Assembly: GCA_963662465.1 (NCBI GenBank)
Contig: OY759599.1
Coordinates: 480,001-544,000 of the forward strand
Length of the DNA: 64,000 nucleotides
Reading direction: 5' to 3'
DNA from: Desulfatiglandales bacterium
GTDB taxonomy: Bacteria; Desulfobacterota; DSM-4660; Desulfatiglandales; Desulfatiglandaceae
Shown here: in pieces, positions 28,853 to 39,004 of the stretch
Layout of the letters: every line of letters begins with the position of its first letter
Position numbering within the stretch: the stretch's first letter is position 1
Notes under the pieces: model-generated
Seen by the model: the letters and a program-made list of their open reading frames with translations, nothing else
The model's database searches: none
What the model was told of the DNA's origin: nothing
Made by a program: the position numbers and the translations under genes

Positions 28853-30580
28853 ATGAACCAGAACAGAATTGCTTTGAAACCCTACCTTGAGCAGATCAAG
28901 GAATTTTGCCTGCCGCTTTCAAAGGAAGAACTGACAGGCGTTGTGGTCGGTCTCGCAAAGGATGTATCCACGTCTGAAAGAGTGGGCTTTCTCGAAAAAA
29001 TCGAATCCGTTCTTCCCGGTCGCGGCCCATCGGAAATCCCCGAAACGCCCCGGATCGATGAGGTCTTAAACGAGATTCAGGCCCTGCGGGAAAGTATGGA
29101 AGAACGGGCTGAATCCATCGAGGATGGCAGTTACTGGGATGACCCGGATGTCTGGGCAGAGAGCGGGTACGACGATGAAGATCCCGACTATGTCAGCGAT
29201 GACCAGATGGAGGATATTGCCGCATTTTTTGCCGAGGCTGAAAGCTTTTTCATGGACGGATGGCTTGAAGACGCCCGTCAGGTATATGCCTCGCTCTTTG
29301 ATCTGGTGGATGATATCGAGCGTGTATCCTATTGGTCATCGCCGGAGGGGTTGGATATCAGAGAGGCGCGGGCAATCTATTCCCGGTGCGTTTTTGAAAC
29401 CGTCGAACCGAGCGGGCGGTTGGCGGCATTCGTTGCGTCAATGGCGGTTACGTCCAGTTCGTATGCGGAGAGAACCCTCTATGATGAGAAATACCCCCTT
29501 CTGCAGGAGGTCATGGATACCAGGGAAGGCCCGATGGAAGGTCTCGAAGCCTTTCTTCCCGATTGGAAGATGATGTTGAGCCGGGATGAAACGGCTGCAA
29601 GGCCTGCCTTCCTGCTCCTTGAAGCGGTTCACCTGACGGACGGTATCGACGGCGTGTCCAGGCTGGCAAGGCAATGGAAAAACAGACAGCCGAGAGGGTA
29701 TCTATACTGGCTTGAACTGCTGAAAAAAGATAACAAACCGGCGGAAATCATCCGGATCGGCAGAGAAGCCCTGGATGCCCTGAAAAACGGAACCTTCAGA
29801 GAGCGTGTGGCGGAGTTCCTGATCGATGCCGCGAATGACCGGAAAGACAGGGAACTTCTCCTCTTCGGAAAGCGGGAGCGTTTTTGTTCCATCGGAAGCG
29901 ACCGGAACCTGCTTGAGTTGGTGGCTGAAGCCGCCCGACAGAACCTGCGAGATGAGGAAATTGAAGAGATCCTCAAGTTTTTTGAAAAGGGCGGCACGGC
30001 TGATGAAAAAGAGATACTGTATACAAAAGTGCTGCTGATGGCAGGGAAACTGGAAGATGCCGTTTCCGAAGCAAAGAATGAACGGGGTCTGGGCTGGTCT
30101 TACGGCAAGGCCGGCGTTGTCTTCGGGGCTGTTCTCCGGTCCCTGTGTGGAAACTCCGGGAAGACGCCCACCATTGACAAGCTCCTTCGGGACTATGCCA
30201 ATAAGATTGACGCCTATTCAGGAAGAATCTCCATTGAAGATGGAAAAATCCCCACATTTTTTGAAGAAATCACAAAAGGACTGCAACAGCGCAAAGATGT
30301 CCCTACTCAGGCGGCTGAATGCCTGTCGTGGGCCGAAAAGATCGGCAACAGCAGGATCGATGGTATTGTCTCCAACAAGCACAGAGGAGCGTACAATCGG
30401 GCGGCCCAGATTCTGGGTGCTTTGGCCGAAACCTACATTGCCATGGGAAATGAGAAAAAAGCATTGCAGGTATTAAACCACTACTACAACGAAAAATACA
30501 ACCGTTTCAGCGCTTTTCGAAGAGAGGTGAAATCGGTGGTGGCAGGTTCACCGGTGCTACGGGGGTGCGGGTTCCTGTAG
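28853..30580 (+). CDS. Hypothetical, probably all-helical protein
   Basis: 575-aa ORF with AAGGAG RBS; no catalytic motif recognised. Confidence 0.75.
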   Translation: MNQNRIALKPYLEQIKEFCLPLSKEELTGVVVGLAKDVSTSERVGFLEKIESVLPGRGPSEIPETPRIDEVLNEIQALRESMEERAESIEDGSYWDDPDVWAESGYDDEDPDYVSDDQMEDIAAFFAEAESFFMDGWLEDARQVYASLFDLVDDIERVSYWSSPEGLDIREARAIYSRCVFETVEPSGRLAAFVASMAVTSSSYAERTLYDEKYPLLQEVMDTREGPMEGLEAFLPDWKMMLSRDETAARPAFLLLEAVHLTDGIDGVSRLARQWKNRQPRGYLYWLELLKKDNKPAEIIRIGREALDALKNGTFRERVAEFLIDAANDRKDRELLLFGKRERFCSIGSDRNLLELVAEAARQNLRDEEIEEILKFFEKGGTADEKEILYTKVLLMAGKLEDAVSEAKNERGLGWSYGKAGVVFGAVLRSLCGNSGKTPTIDKLLRDYANKIDAYSGRISIEDGKIPTFFEEITKGLQQRKDVPTQAAECLSWAEKIGNSRIDGIVSNKHRGAYNRAAQILGALAETYIAMGNEKKALQVLNHYYNEKYNRFSAFRREVKSVVAGSPVLRGCGFL

Positions 30581-30677
30581 AAGTTGACCTTGAGATTTGG
30601 ATGATGGCCTTATCTGATTATTGAAGGGAGGTCGGAAGGGATAAAAGAAGTGTGGCATGGACAGGCCACATTGGGCG

Positions 30678-31013
30678 TTAATGTGATGCGGCTATCAATT
30701 CGAAGCCGTTCTTTTTGATTTCATTGGATATGAAATCATTATCTTCGCTCATATAGTCCTCGTATGAAAAGATGAGCGGTTGGATATCGATTTTGAATCT
30801 GTTTATCAATGCTATCGCCTGGGCCATGATTTCCAATCGATTGTCGTCATTGACGTTTCGTGAAAATATAGCCATGTCAATATCACTGTGTTTTCCAGCA
30901 CGGCCGTGAGCATGTGAGCCAAAGATGAAAGCCTTGTCCACATGGCAGATTCCTTCCACGTCATTCAGATATTTTCGCAAGATATTGATTATTTCAGCTT
31001 TGATGTCAGCCAT
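30678..31013 (-). CDS. Minimal nucleotidyltransferase (MNT)
   Basis: FGSHAHG....SDIDMA. Confidence 0.88.
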   Translation of the reverse strand: MADIKAEIINILRKYLNDVEGICHVDKAFIFGSHAHGRAGKHSDIDMAIFSRNVNDDNRLEIMAQAIALINRFKIDIQPLIFSYEDYMSEDNDFISNEIKKNGFELIAASH

Positions 31014-31396
31014 TCAAATAATGCCTCTGTTTCTCTCAAAATCGATCCTGCTTTTTCCCTGTCTATCAGGGCCGAAAGTTTCTTTTTATAGGTAGGGTAT
31101 CTTCCTTCGATGTAGTAGGTCGTTAATTCGGCCATAAGCTTTATTTGCTTATCGGAAGTGCTTAACGCCATCAGACTGTTAAGGTAAACGAGATTATGAG
31201 AAAAAGGAGCTTCTTTTGAGAATTTTCTGATGTAATTAGCCTTCAGCAATTTTTCCGATGCCTGCCGGCACATGAAAACTGTATAAAGATATCTTCCGGC
31301 AGTCTGCATCGAACGAGCCGTTTGAATATCATAATCGGCGATATCTCGCCAGTATTCTACTTTTTCGGAAATTTCCATTCCGATAGGTATCCTCAC
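30989..31396 (-). CDS. HEPN domain protein paired with MNT
   Basis: F.C.QA.EK.LKA, HNL..L, YIEGRYP. Confidence 0.88.
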   Translation of the reverse strand: MRIPIGMEISEKVEYWRDIADYDIQTARSMQTAGRYLYTVFMCRQASEKLLKANYIRKFSKEAPFSHNLVYLNSLMALSTSDKQIKLMAELTTYYIEGRYPTYKKKLSALIDREKAGSILRETEALFEWLTSKLK

Positions 31397-31648
31397 CCAT
31401 GTTTCCCATCACCAACTTTTGACTATCGACAAAATTGAATTTCAGTGAGACGATGAATATGTTTACCACGAATTCATTTATCGCTCAACCAAAACCGTAA
31501 ACAGAATTTTTCCGGGTCAGGTGGGTATTGATTGTCAAATATCCTTTTTGCCATTATAACCGTTTCCGTATTTATAGCCGAGAAACGGGTTACCGGATGC
31601 CGGTATTTTGTGCGACAACGCCATTGAGCGAAACAGGAGGAAATCATT

Positions 31649-33454
31649 TTGACGGAAAAATTCATGAGCATGAGGAACCTGAAATTCCTCCTTTACGAGG
31701 TCTTTGATGCGGCATCCCTGACCCGGTATCCCTATTACGGGGCGTATGACCGGAAGATGCTGGATATGGTGCTGGATGCTGCGTTGGAACTGGCCCGGGG
31801 ACGTCTGTGGTCCCATTTTCAGGACATGGACCGAAACCCGCCGGAATTGCTGAACGACAGGGTGAAGGTGCATCCTTCGGTCAAAAACATCCTGAAAGAA
31901 TTGGGTGATGGGGGGTGGATCAGCATGACCGTTCCCGAAGATCTGGATGGACAGCAGTTGCCCCACGTGATCGCGGACAGTTGCAACTTCATCTTCTGTG
32001 CCGCCAATTACTCGGCGGCCGCCTATTCGGGACTCTCTGACGGCGCGGCCCGCCTCATTGAAAATTTCGGAAGCAGGGACCTATACGACGCCTTTGTTCC
32101 GCACATGCGTAGTGGCCGGTGGCAGGGGACCATGGCGCTCACGGAGCCGGAGGCGGGAAGTTCCCTGTCCGATATCACCACCACGGCGGAGCTTACCCCG
32201 GAAGGTTATTATCACATTCAGGGACAGAAGATTTTTATTTCGGCGGGGGATCATGACGGCGTGGAAAACGTGGTTCATTTGATGCTCGCCAGGATTCAGG
32301 GGGCGCCTTCCGGCGTCAAGGGCATTTCGTTGTTTGTGGTGCCGAAAAGACGTATCGATGCAAAGGGTCGGCTGGTTCCTAACGATGTGGTTACCTCAGG
32401 AATTTTTCATAAACTGGGTTACCGGGGTTGCCCCATTGCACAGCTCAGCATGGGGGACAGAAACGATTGCCGGAGTTATCTGGTGGGTGAACCCCATAAG
32501 GGGCTAGGGTATATGTTTCAGATGATGAATGAAGCGCGGATCGGTGTCGGCATGGGCGCCTGTGCCATGGCCACGGCTGCCTATTATGCCTCTCTCGACT
32601 ATGCCGCCCTTCGAAAACAGGGGCGGAAAATAGCGGAGAAAAACCCTGCGAATCCTCCCGTTCCCATTATCGAACACGCCGATGTAAAACGGATGTTGCT
32701 GTTTCAGCGGTCCGTCGTGGAGGGGGCCTTGAGCCTGCTTTTGCAATGCAGCCGATATGTGGATATGAAAAAAGTGGGAAGCGATGAAAAAAAGGAAAAA
32801 TATGCGCTTCTGCTGGATCTTCTGACGCCGGTGGCGAAAAGCTATCCATCGGAGGCCGGCATCCTTTCCATCAGCCAGGGACTTCAGTGCTTCGGTGGTT
32901 CCGGTTACTGTGACGATTACCCCCTCGAACAATACTACCGGGATGCTCGGATTCATCCCATCCATGAAGGGACCACCGGCATTCACGGCCTCGATCTTTT
33001 GGGCCGTAAAATCCCCATGAAAAACGGCAAGGCCTTTGCGTTGTATCTCGAAGAAGTCCAAACTGCCATCAGAGAGGCAAAGGAAATGCCTGCCCTTGAA
33101 TCCTATGGACGGCAGATGTCGGGGTTTCTGGAGAAGTTGAAACAGGTCACGGCGCACCTGGCCGATATCCAAAAAGAGCGGGGAGTAGAACATGCACTGT
33201 CCGATGCCACTCTTTATCTGGAATTGTTCGGGATTATTGCCGTGGCATGGCAGTGGCTCCTTCAGGCGATTGTTATCGCAAAAGCATTGAACGGGGAACC
33301 GTCAAAAGCGGAGATGGATTTCTACCAGGGGAAATTTTTCACCTTCCGATATTTTTTCGGTTACGAACTGCCCAAGGCTGAAGGGTTGGTCAACCGGTTG
33401 ATGCACACGGATGGTCTGACCGTTATAATGAAGCAGGAATGGTTTTCGGATTAG
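31649..33454 (+). CDS. Acyl-CoA dehydrogenase (long type)
   Basis: GTMALTEPEAGS, KIFISAG, MFQMMNEAR, FGGSGY, IHEGTTGIH. Confidence 0.92.
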   Translation: MTEKFMSMRNLKFLLYEVFDAASLTRYPYYGAYDRKMLDMVLDAALELARGRLWSHFQDMDRNPPELLNDRVKVHPSVKNILKELGDGGWISMTVPEDLDGQQLPHVIADSCNFIFCAANYSAAAYSGLSDGAARLIENFGSRDLYDAFVPHMRSGRWQGTMALTEPEAGSSLSDITTTAELTPEGYYHIQGQKIFISAGDHDGVENVVHLMLARIQGAPSGVKGISLFVVPKRRIDAKGRLVPNDVVTSGIFHKLGYRGCPIAQLSMGDRNDCRSYLVGEPHKGLGYMFQMMNEARIGVGMGACAMATAAYYASLDYAALRKQGRKIAEKNPANPPVPIIEHADVKRMLLFQRSVVEGALSLLLQCSRYVDMKKVGSDEKKEKYALLLDLLTPVAKSYPSEAGILSISQGLQCFGGSGYCDDYPLEQYYRDARIHPIHEGTTGIHGLDLLGRKIPMKNGKAFALYLEEVQTAIREAKEMPALESYGRQMSGFLEKLKQVTAHLADIQKERGVEHALSDATLYLELFGIIAVAWQWLLQAIVIAKALNGEPSKAEMDFYQGKFFTFRYFFGYELPKAEGLVNRLMHTDGLTVIMKQEWFSD

Positions 33455-33572
33455 AAGGATTTCGTTTGACCCGCAAGACCGTTTTTACTATACTTTTTAG
33501 CATTCTTGGTCAATGGTTTTATACTTGCGGTTTTACAAAAGTTTATCCGGAGATTTGGAGGAGGCAAAGCAG

Positions 33573-33773
33573 ATGATAGCAGTAGAAATGATTGAAAACG
33601 AGATAAAAAAATTTTCGCCAAGAAAATTAGCTGAATTCAGACGTTGGTTTGTAAAATATGATTCGGATGCTTGGGATGCACAAATTGAAGCGGATGCAAC
33701 AGCCGGAAGGTTGGATGCCCTGGCGAAAGAGGCCATTGCGGAATATGAATCAGGAAAGGCACAAGAAATTTGA
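33573..33773 (+). CDS. Putative antitoxin
   Basis: GGAGGAGG RBS; WDAQIEAD..AGRLD.LA.EA; stop overlaps the toxin start. Confidence 0.75.
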   Translation: MIAVEMIENEIKKFSPRKLAEFRRWFVKYDSDAWDAQIEADATAGRLDALAKEAIAEYESGKAQEI

Positions 33774-34030
33774 AGCACTACGCATCAACCAGGTTTTGGC
33801 AATGTCTTGATATGCTGCCACCAGAAACTCAGAAACTCGCACATCACAATTACTCTCTGTTAAAGGGAAATCCATCTCATCCTTCTCTGCATTTTAAACA
33901 AGTTTGTCAGGGCCGTTACCGTAGTGTCCGTGTTGGCCTGCATTATCGAGCAATAGGTGTTCCCGTGCCTGACGGCGTACAGTGGTTCTGGATCGGAACA
34001 CATGCTGAATATGACAAACTATTGGGTTAA
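33770..34030 (+). CDS. RelE/ParE-superfamily toxin
   Basis: HPSLHFK, SVRVGLHYRA, WFWIG.HAEYDKL. Confidence 0.8.
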   Translation: MKHYASTRFWQCLDMLPPETQKLAHHNYSLLKGNPSHPSLHFKQVCQGRYRSVRVGLHYRAIGVPVPDGVQWFWIGTHAEYDKLLG

Positions 34031-34255
34031 CTACCGAACCACGCTCGAAGGGGTCACCAAAGACAAGGAATGGATCTGTGGTCTTGAATTCGATGATGCC
34101 AACAGAGAACCTTTTTCCCGCATGATGAAGAAGTGACGGCAAGTCTCAAAAAACTTGCGCGGATGACGGCTGTCGGTTAGAATCGTTCCGCAAGTTTGGA
34201 AGGTGTGTTATTGGACGTTTGATTTTTACAACCCTTAAGGAGATTCCCTTAATCC

Positions 34256-35338
34256 ATGCCCATAGAAGGAGTACGTAAACCCACGAAAATGATCCATGTC
34301 GGCGATGTTCCCATCGGCGGCGGCGCTCCCATCGCCGTTCAATCCATGACCAACACGGATACCCGGGACGTGTCCAAGACGGTGGCCCAAATCGAACGTC
34401 TGGCGGAAGCGGGATGCGAGATCGTTCGTTTGGCCATCCCCGATGAAGCGGCGGTTGCGGCTTTTGCCGAGATCAAGAAAAAAGTCAAACCCCCGCTCAT
34501 TGCCGACATTCATTTTGACCACCGCCTGGCCTTGGGGGTTTTGAAGGCCGGGGCCGACGGCCTCCGAATCAACCCCGGCAATATCGGAGGTCCGGATGCC
34601 GTTAAAAAGGTGGTCTCCGCCGCCCGTGAAGCGGAGGCCCCCATACGGATCGGGGTCAATGGGGGATCGATGCATCGGGATGTGTTGAAAAAATATGGCG
34701 GTCCCACCCCCGAGGCCATGGTTGCCAGCGCCATGGAACACGTCATGATGCTGGAGGATCTCGATTTTCCCCACATCAAAATTTCCTTGAAGTCTTCTGA
34801 TGTCCGGAATACCATTCATGCCTACGAACTCTTAAGTGAACGGGTGGACTATCCCCTTCACCTGGGGGTCACCGAAGCCGGTACGTTGATTGCGGGAACG
34901 GTTAAAAGCACCATGGGCATCGGGTTTCTGCTGGCGGAAGGCATTGGCGATACGTTCAGGGTGTCGCTTACCCGCGATCCCGTGGAAGAGGTGCGGGTGG
35001 CCTGGGAGATCTTAAGAGCCCTCGGATTGAGATCCCGGGGGCCTGAAATCGTAAGCTGCCCCACCTGCGGTCGGTGTGAGATTGACCTTTTCTCTCTTGT
35101 GGATCAAGTGGAAGCGGCCATTTCCGGCATCACGGCATCGCCCAAGGTGGCCATTATGGGCTGTGTGGTGAATGGTCCCGGCGAAGCCCGTGAAGCGGAT
35201 GTGGGGATTGCCGGCGGGCGAGGGCAGGGGATACTATTTAAGAAGGGAAAAGTGGTCAGAAAAGTCCCGGAAAATGAACTGGCGGACGTGCTGATTACCG
35301 AGGTTATGCAGCTGGTCCAATCGTCAGAAAGCCATTGA
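34256..35338 (+). CDS. ispG: (E)-4-hydroxy-3-methylbut-2-enyl-diphosphate synthase
   Basis: VQSMTNT, ADIHF, RINPGN, HLGVTEAG, SCPTCGR, MGCVVNGPGE. Confidence 0.97.
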   Translation: MPIEGVRKPTKMIHVGDVPIGGGAPIAVQSMTNTDTRDVSKTVAQIERLAEAGCEIVRLAIPDEAAVAAFAEIKKKVKPPLIADIHFDHRLALGVLKAGADGLRINPGNIGGPDAVKKVVSAAREAEAPIRIGVNGGSMHRDVLKKYGGPTPEAMVASAMEHVMMLEDLDFPHIKISLKSSDVRNTIHAYELLSERVDYPLHLGVTEAGTLIAGTVKSTMGIGFLLAEGIGDTFRVSLTRDPVEEVRVAWEILRALGLRSRGPEIVSCPTCGRCEIDLFSLVDQVEAAISGITASPKVAIMGCVVNGPGEAREADVGIAGGRGQGILFKKGKVVRKVPENELADVLITEVMQLVQSSESH

Positions 35339-35347
35339 AGATTTTAA

Positions 35348-35428
35348 CTCGTGCAAAGCCGCAACGCTCGCAAAGAAAAAACAAAGAATTTACTCATAAA
35401 CCTTCGCGCCTTTGCGCCTTTGCGCGAG
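35348..35428. repeat. REP-like inverted repeat (CGCAAAG / CTTTGCG units) between ispG and proS
   Basis: ctcgtgcaaag...cgcaaag versus ctttgcgcctttgcgcgag. Confidence 0.65.
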
Positions 35429-35456
35429 ATAAATTAAGGAGAACACCAATAACACC

Positions 35457-37181
35457 ATGCGATATTCAACCTATTTTATTCCCACGCAGAAAGAAGTGCC
35501 GGCCGATGCCGAGATTATCAGTCACCAGCTCATGGTTCGAGCCGGCATGATTCGCAAGCTCACATCGGGCATTTATACTTATCTTCCCGCGGGCCTTAGG
35601 TCCATCCGGAAGGTGGAAAACATCGTCCGGGAAGAGATGAACCGGGCAGGGGCCATCGAAATCCTCATGCCCGCTGTTCAGCCGGCGGAGCTGTGGCAGG
35701 AGAGCGGTCGGTGGGAATATTACGGCCGTGAACTGCTGAGGTTCAAAGACCGTCACGACCGGGAGGCCTGTTTCGGACCCACCCACGAAGAAGTGATCAC
35801 GGACCTGGTGCGAAAAGAGATACACTCCTACAAACAGCTGCCCATGAACCTCTATCAGATTCAGACCAAGTTTCGGGATGAAATTCGCCCCCGTTTCGGG
35901 CTCATGCGAGGTCGTGAATTCATTATGAAAGACGCCTACAGCTTTGATGTGGATGAAGCGGGGGCCGCTCGCAGCTACGAGGCCATGTATGCGGCCTATG
36001 AACGGATATTTCAACGATGCGGTTTGAAATTCAGGGCCGTCGAAGCGGACTCGGGCGCCATCGGCGGCAGTTATTCCCACGAGTTTATGGTGTTGGCGGA
36101 ATCGGGGGAGGATCAGATTGTCAATTGCACCAAATGCAGTTATGCGGCCAACCTGGAACGGGCCGAAGTGAAAGAAGGGGATTCCCAGCCTGATTCCGAT
36201 GCCTTTGAGGTCTTGGCCCGAGTGGATACGCCCAATCAGAGAACCATTGACGAAGTGACAAAATTTCTGGATATCGGCCCCGAACAACTAGTCAAGACCC
36301 TGATCTATGTGGTGGATGAAGCGCCGGTGGCGGTGTTGTTGCGCGGCGATCATGAATTGAATGAAGCCAAGCTGAAAAATGCCTTGAATGCACAGGTCGT
36401 TGAAATGGCTTCCGAGGGATTGGTGAAAGATGTTACCGGCGCCCCCACGGGGTTTGCGGGTCCGGTGGGGTTGAAGATCAAAGTGGTGGCTGATAACGCC
36501 CTCTTGGCCATGAAGAACTTTGTGGTGGGGGGGAACGAAAAAGACCTCCACCTGAAAAACGTGAACTTTCAGCGGGATTTCAAGGCGGCATTTTTCGGTG
36601 ATCTGCGAACCATCGCGCCTGGTGACAGGTGTCCCCGGTGCGGCGGGGAAATTATTTTTGGACGGGGCATTGAAGTGGGGCATGTGTTTAAGCTGGGCAC
36701 AAAATACAGCGAGGCCATGAAAGCCGTCTTTTTGAATGAACAGGGAAAAGAGATTCCCATGATCATGGGGTGCTACGGCATCGGCATCGGCCGCACTGTT
36801 GCGGCGGCCATTGAGCAGAACCATGACAAGGACGGTATTGTTTTTCCGGCGCCGGTAGCGCCCTTCGAGGTGACGATTCTGCCGCTGCAGATGCACGATG
36901 AAGCCGTGGTGGAAACAGCTATGAAACTCTATGAAGATCTTTTGGCCAAGGGGATTGATGTACTGCTGGATGATCGGGATGAGCGGGCCGGTGTTAAATT
37001 TAAAGATGCCGACTTGCTGGGCATTCCGGTGCGCATCACCGTGGGGTCCCGGGGGCTTAAAAACGGGCAGGTGGAGGTCAAGCTTCGGTCTGAGCCGGAG
37101 AGTTTCATGCTGCCCGTGGACAATGCCGCGACGGCCATTTCGGAGACGGTGAAAGGCCTGTATGATTCGATTAAAATCTGA
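35457..37181 (+). CDS. proS: Proline--tRNA ligase
   Basis: [41 protein letters not shown]. Confidence 0.97.
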   Translation: MRYSTYFIPTQKEVPADAEIISHQLMVRAGMIRKLTSGIYTYLPAGLRSIRKVENIVREEMNRAGAIEILMPAVQPAELWQESGRWEYYGRELLRFKDRHDREACFGPTHEEVITDLVRKEIHSYKQLPMNLYQIQTKFRDEIRPRFGLMRGREFIMKDAYSFDVDEAGAARSYEAMYAAYERIFQRCGLKFRAVEADSGAIGGSYSHEFMVLAESGEDQIVNCTKCSYAANLERAEVKEGDSQPDSDAFEVLARVDTPNQRTIDEVTKFLDIGPEQLVKTLIYVVDEAPVAVLLRGDHELNEAKLKNALNAQVVEMASEGLVKDVTGAPTGFAGPVGLKIKVVADNALLAMKNFVVGGNEKDLHLKNVNFQRDFKAAFFGDLRTIAPGDRCPRCGGEIIFGRGIEVGHVFKLGTKYSEAMKAVFLNEQGKEIPMIMGCYGIGIGRTVAAAIEQNHDKDGIVFPAPVAPFEVTILPLQMHDEAVVETAMKLYEDLLAKGIDVLLDDRDERAGVKFKDADLLGIPVRITVGSRGLKNGQVEVKLRSEPESFMLPVDNAATAISETVKGLYDSIKI

Positions 37182-37314
37182 AATCCTGAAACCCGCTTAT
37201 AATGAGGGTTTTCACGTTTTTACCTGCCTTAATTTTGCTGGATTTTATAGCTTTTGATTGCAAAAAAGGTAACTGTTACCGTGGACGATTTTTAACCGAG
37301 CGAGTTGGTAAAAT

Positions 37315-37349
37315 AAAAAAAGCCCGGGTCTATTTGACCCGGGCTTTTT
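37315..37349. terminator. Bidirectional intrinsic terminator
   Basis: A-run, GCCCGGGTC-tattt-GACCCGGGC, T-run. Confidence 0.8.
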
Positions 37350-37372
37350 GCAATCCATCTAAATTCAAATTC

Positions 37373-37510
37373 TCAATTCAACAGCCGGGGACCCGGTTGT
37401 GGGGGCGGTTTTCCCTGATTATCCCACACCCATCTGGTCATTTTCGCCGCAATTTTCATTAACTTTGAAACCATCGGGATGATACTTATCAATATCCCTA
37501 TCCATGCCAT
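37373..37510 (-). CDS. Possible 45-aa peptide
   Basis: MAWIGILISIIPMVSKLMKIAAKMTRWVWDNQGKPPPQPGPRLLN; TATAAT upstream, terminator downstream, weak RBS. Confidence 0.3.
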   Translation of the reverse strand: MAWIGILISIIPMVSKLMKIAAKMTRWVWDNQGKPPPQPGPRLLN

Positions 37511-37612
37511 TTTTTTGTCTTCTTTCGTACCAATTTATTATAGTGTTTTTCGCAATACGGCACCAATCCCATTTTGATTACAAAACAGCTGTAAAATGCA
37601 AGGATCTATGCT

Positions 37613-38452
37613 ATGGATATCGTGTCAGATACTTTGACTCCTAGAGGATGCGCATGCGTGGTCATCAGCCTTAAAAAAAATATCGATCTTTTCGGCTTCA
37701 AGACGAAGTCAGGCAGTACCCATTTGGCCCGGACCATCATGCTGGAGGATTTAGAGACGCTACTTTCATATATCGACAATCCAGAAGCGGGAAAAGCCAC
37801 CTACATCCGCGCCATAGAAGAGGAAAACTGTTTAGGGAAACGTTCCGGCAGAACCAGAACACTTACAGCCAGGCACCTCGTTGCCCTTTATGGACTGGAG
37901 CCATCTATCACCATTTTCAGAGGTCTGCTTTTTTTCTGGTCCAAAGACCTTGAGGCGCATCCATTGTTGGCACTGCTCTGTGCTTATGCGAGGGACCCCT
38001 TGCTACGAAAAAGTGCACCATTTATTTTGGCAATGACCGAAGGAGCAAACGTATTTAGGGAAAACCTGGAGGCCTTCATGGAAACCGAAGACCCCGGGCG
38101 TTTCAGCGGGGCAACGCTCAAATCATTGGCGCAGAATATCAATGCCACTTGGACCAAATCCGGCCATCTAAAAGGGAGAGTAAAAAAGGTTCGAGCGCGG
38201 GCTAATCCAACCCCCGGCGTCGTATCTTACGCCCTTTTCCTCGGATATTTAGAGGGCCTCCGGGGGCAATCTCTATTTCAATCCCAGTATGCCAGGATCC
38301 TTGATTGTTCGGCGGATTACGCCATGGAACTGGCGGAGCAGGCTTCGCGCCGGGGATGGTTTGTTTTCAAACGAATCGGCGATGTAATGGAGGTCCAGTT
38401 CCGTCATCTTTTAACCGCAAAAGAAATGGAGTGGCTTCGTGAGCAAGGTTAA
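37613..38452 (+). CDS. BrxA-like protein (first gene of the BREX operon)
   Basis: Position and overlap with brxB; size; family call is mainly contextual. Confidence 0.65.
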   Translation: MDIVSDTLTPRGCACVVISLKKNIDLFGFKTKSGSTHLARTIMLEDLETLLSYIDNPEAGKATYIRAIEEENCLGKRSGRTRTLTARHLVALYGLEPSITIFRGLLFFWSKDLEAHPLLALLCAYARDPLLRKSAPFILAMTEGANVFRENLEAFMETEDPGRFSGATLKSLAQNINATWTKSGHLKGRVKKVRARANPTPGVVSYALFLGYLEGLRGQSLFQSQYARILDCSADYAMELAEQASRRGWFVFKRIGDVMEVQFRHLLTAKEMEWLREQG

Positions 38453-38990
38453 GCGGCTGTTAAAGAATTACAGCAGGTTTATTTCCATCCCCTGGCGAGG
38501 AGATGCGGCGGCGGCTCAACGGGTTATTTTCTGCGTATATAACGAAAATGATGAGCTTCGCCTGCGGGCCAGGATCGACGAGTTTGAGATTGCCACAAGA
38601 CAACCGGGACACGATTGGGCCTTGTTCGATCTCACAGATACCTTCCCTCAATGGCTGGCTGAACAACGCTACGCCAAGAGCTATTTTCAGAAACCACAGC
38701 TTCTTTCAGCACTTTTACCCAAATACTTGGCCTATGTCGCGGAAACGTTCCGGAAATTCCTCCAGGAACGGGCCGTTGATGAAACTTCCGTGGTGGCCCT
38801 TAAAGGGGTTGGTGCTCTTTTCGGTTTTATCAAAGTGAAAGATGTCGTGGATCACCTGGCACCCATGGCGCTCGGAAGATTGTTGGTTTTTTTCCCGGGC
38901 AGCTACGAGAAAAACAATTACCGGCTTCTGGACGGTTATGACGGGTGGAACTATCTCGCGGTGCCGATTACAGCGGACAAGGAATTCTAA
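38439..38990 (+). CDS. brxB: BREX BrxB (DUF1788)
   Basis: L.GVG.LFGF, LLVFFPGSY...YRLLD....NYLA. Confidence 0.85.
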   Translation: MSKVKRLLKNYSRFISIPWRGDAAAAQRVIFCVYNENDELRLRARIDEFEIATRQPGHDWALFDLTDTFPQWLAEQRYAKSYFQKPQLLSALLPKYLAYVAETFRKFLQERAVDETSVVALKGVGALFGFIKVKDVVDHLAPMALGRLLVFFPGSYEKNNYRLLDGYDGWNYLAVPITADKEF

Positions 38991-39004
38991 CTCAGGGGTT
39001 AAAC

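Noticed and set aside
3467..31396. Prophage or ICE
   Set aside because: No integrase, structural, replication or conjugation genes; DUF5131 and the radical SAM domain alone are insufficient
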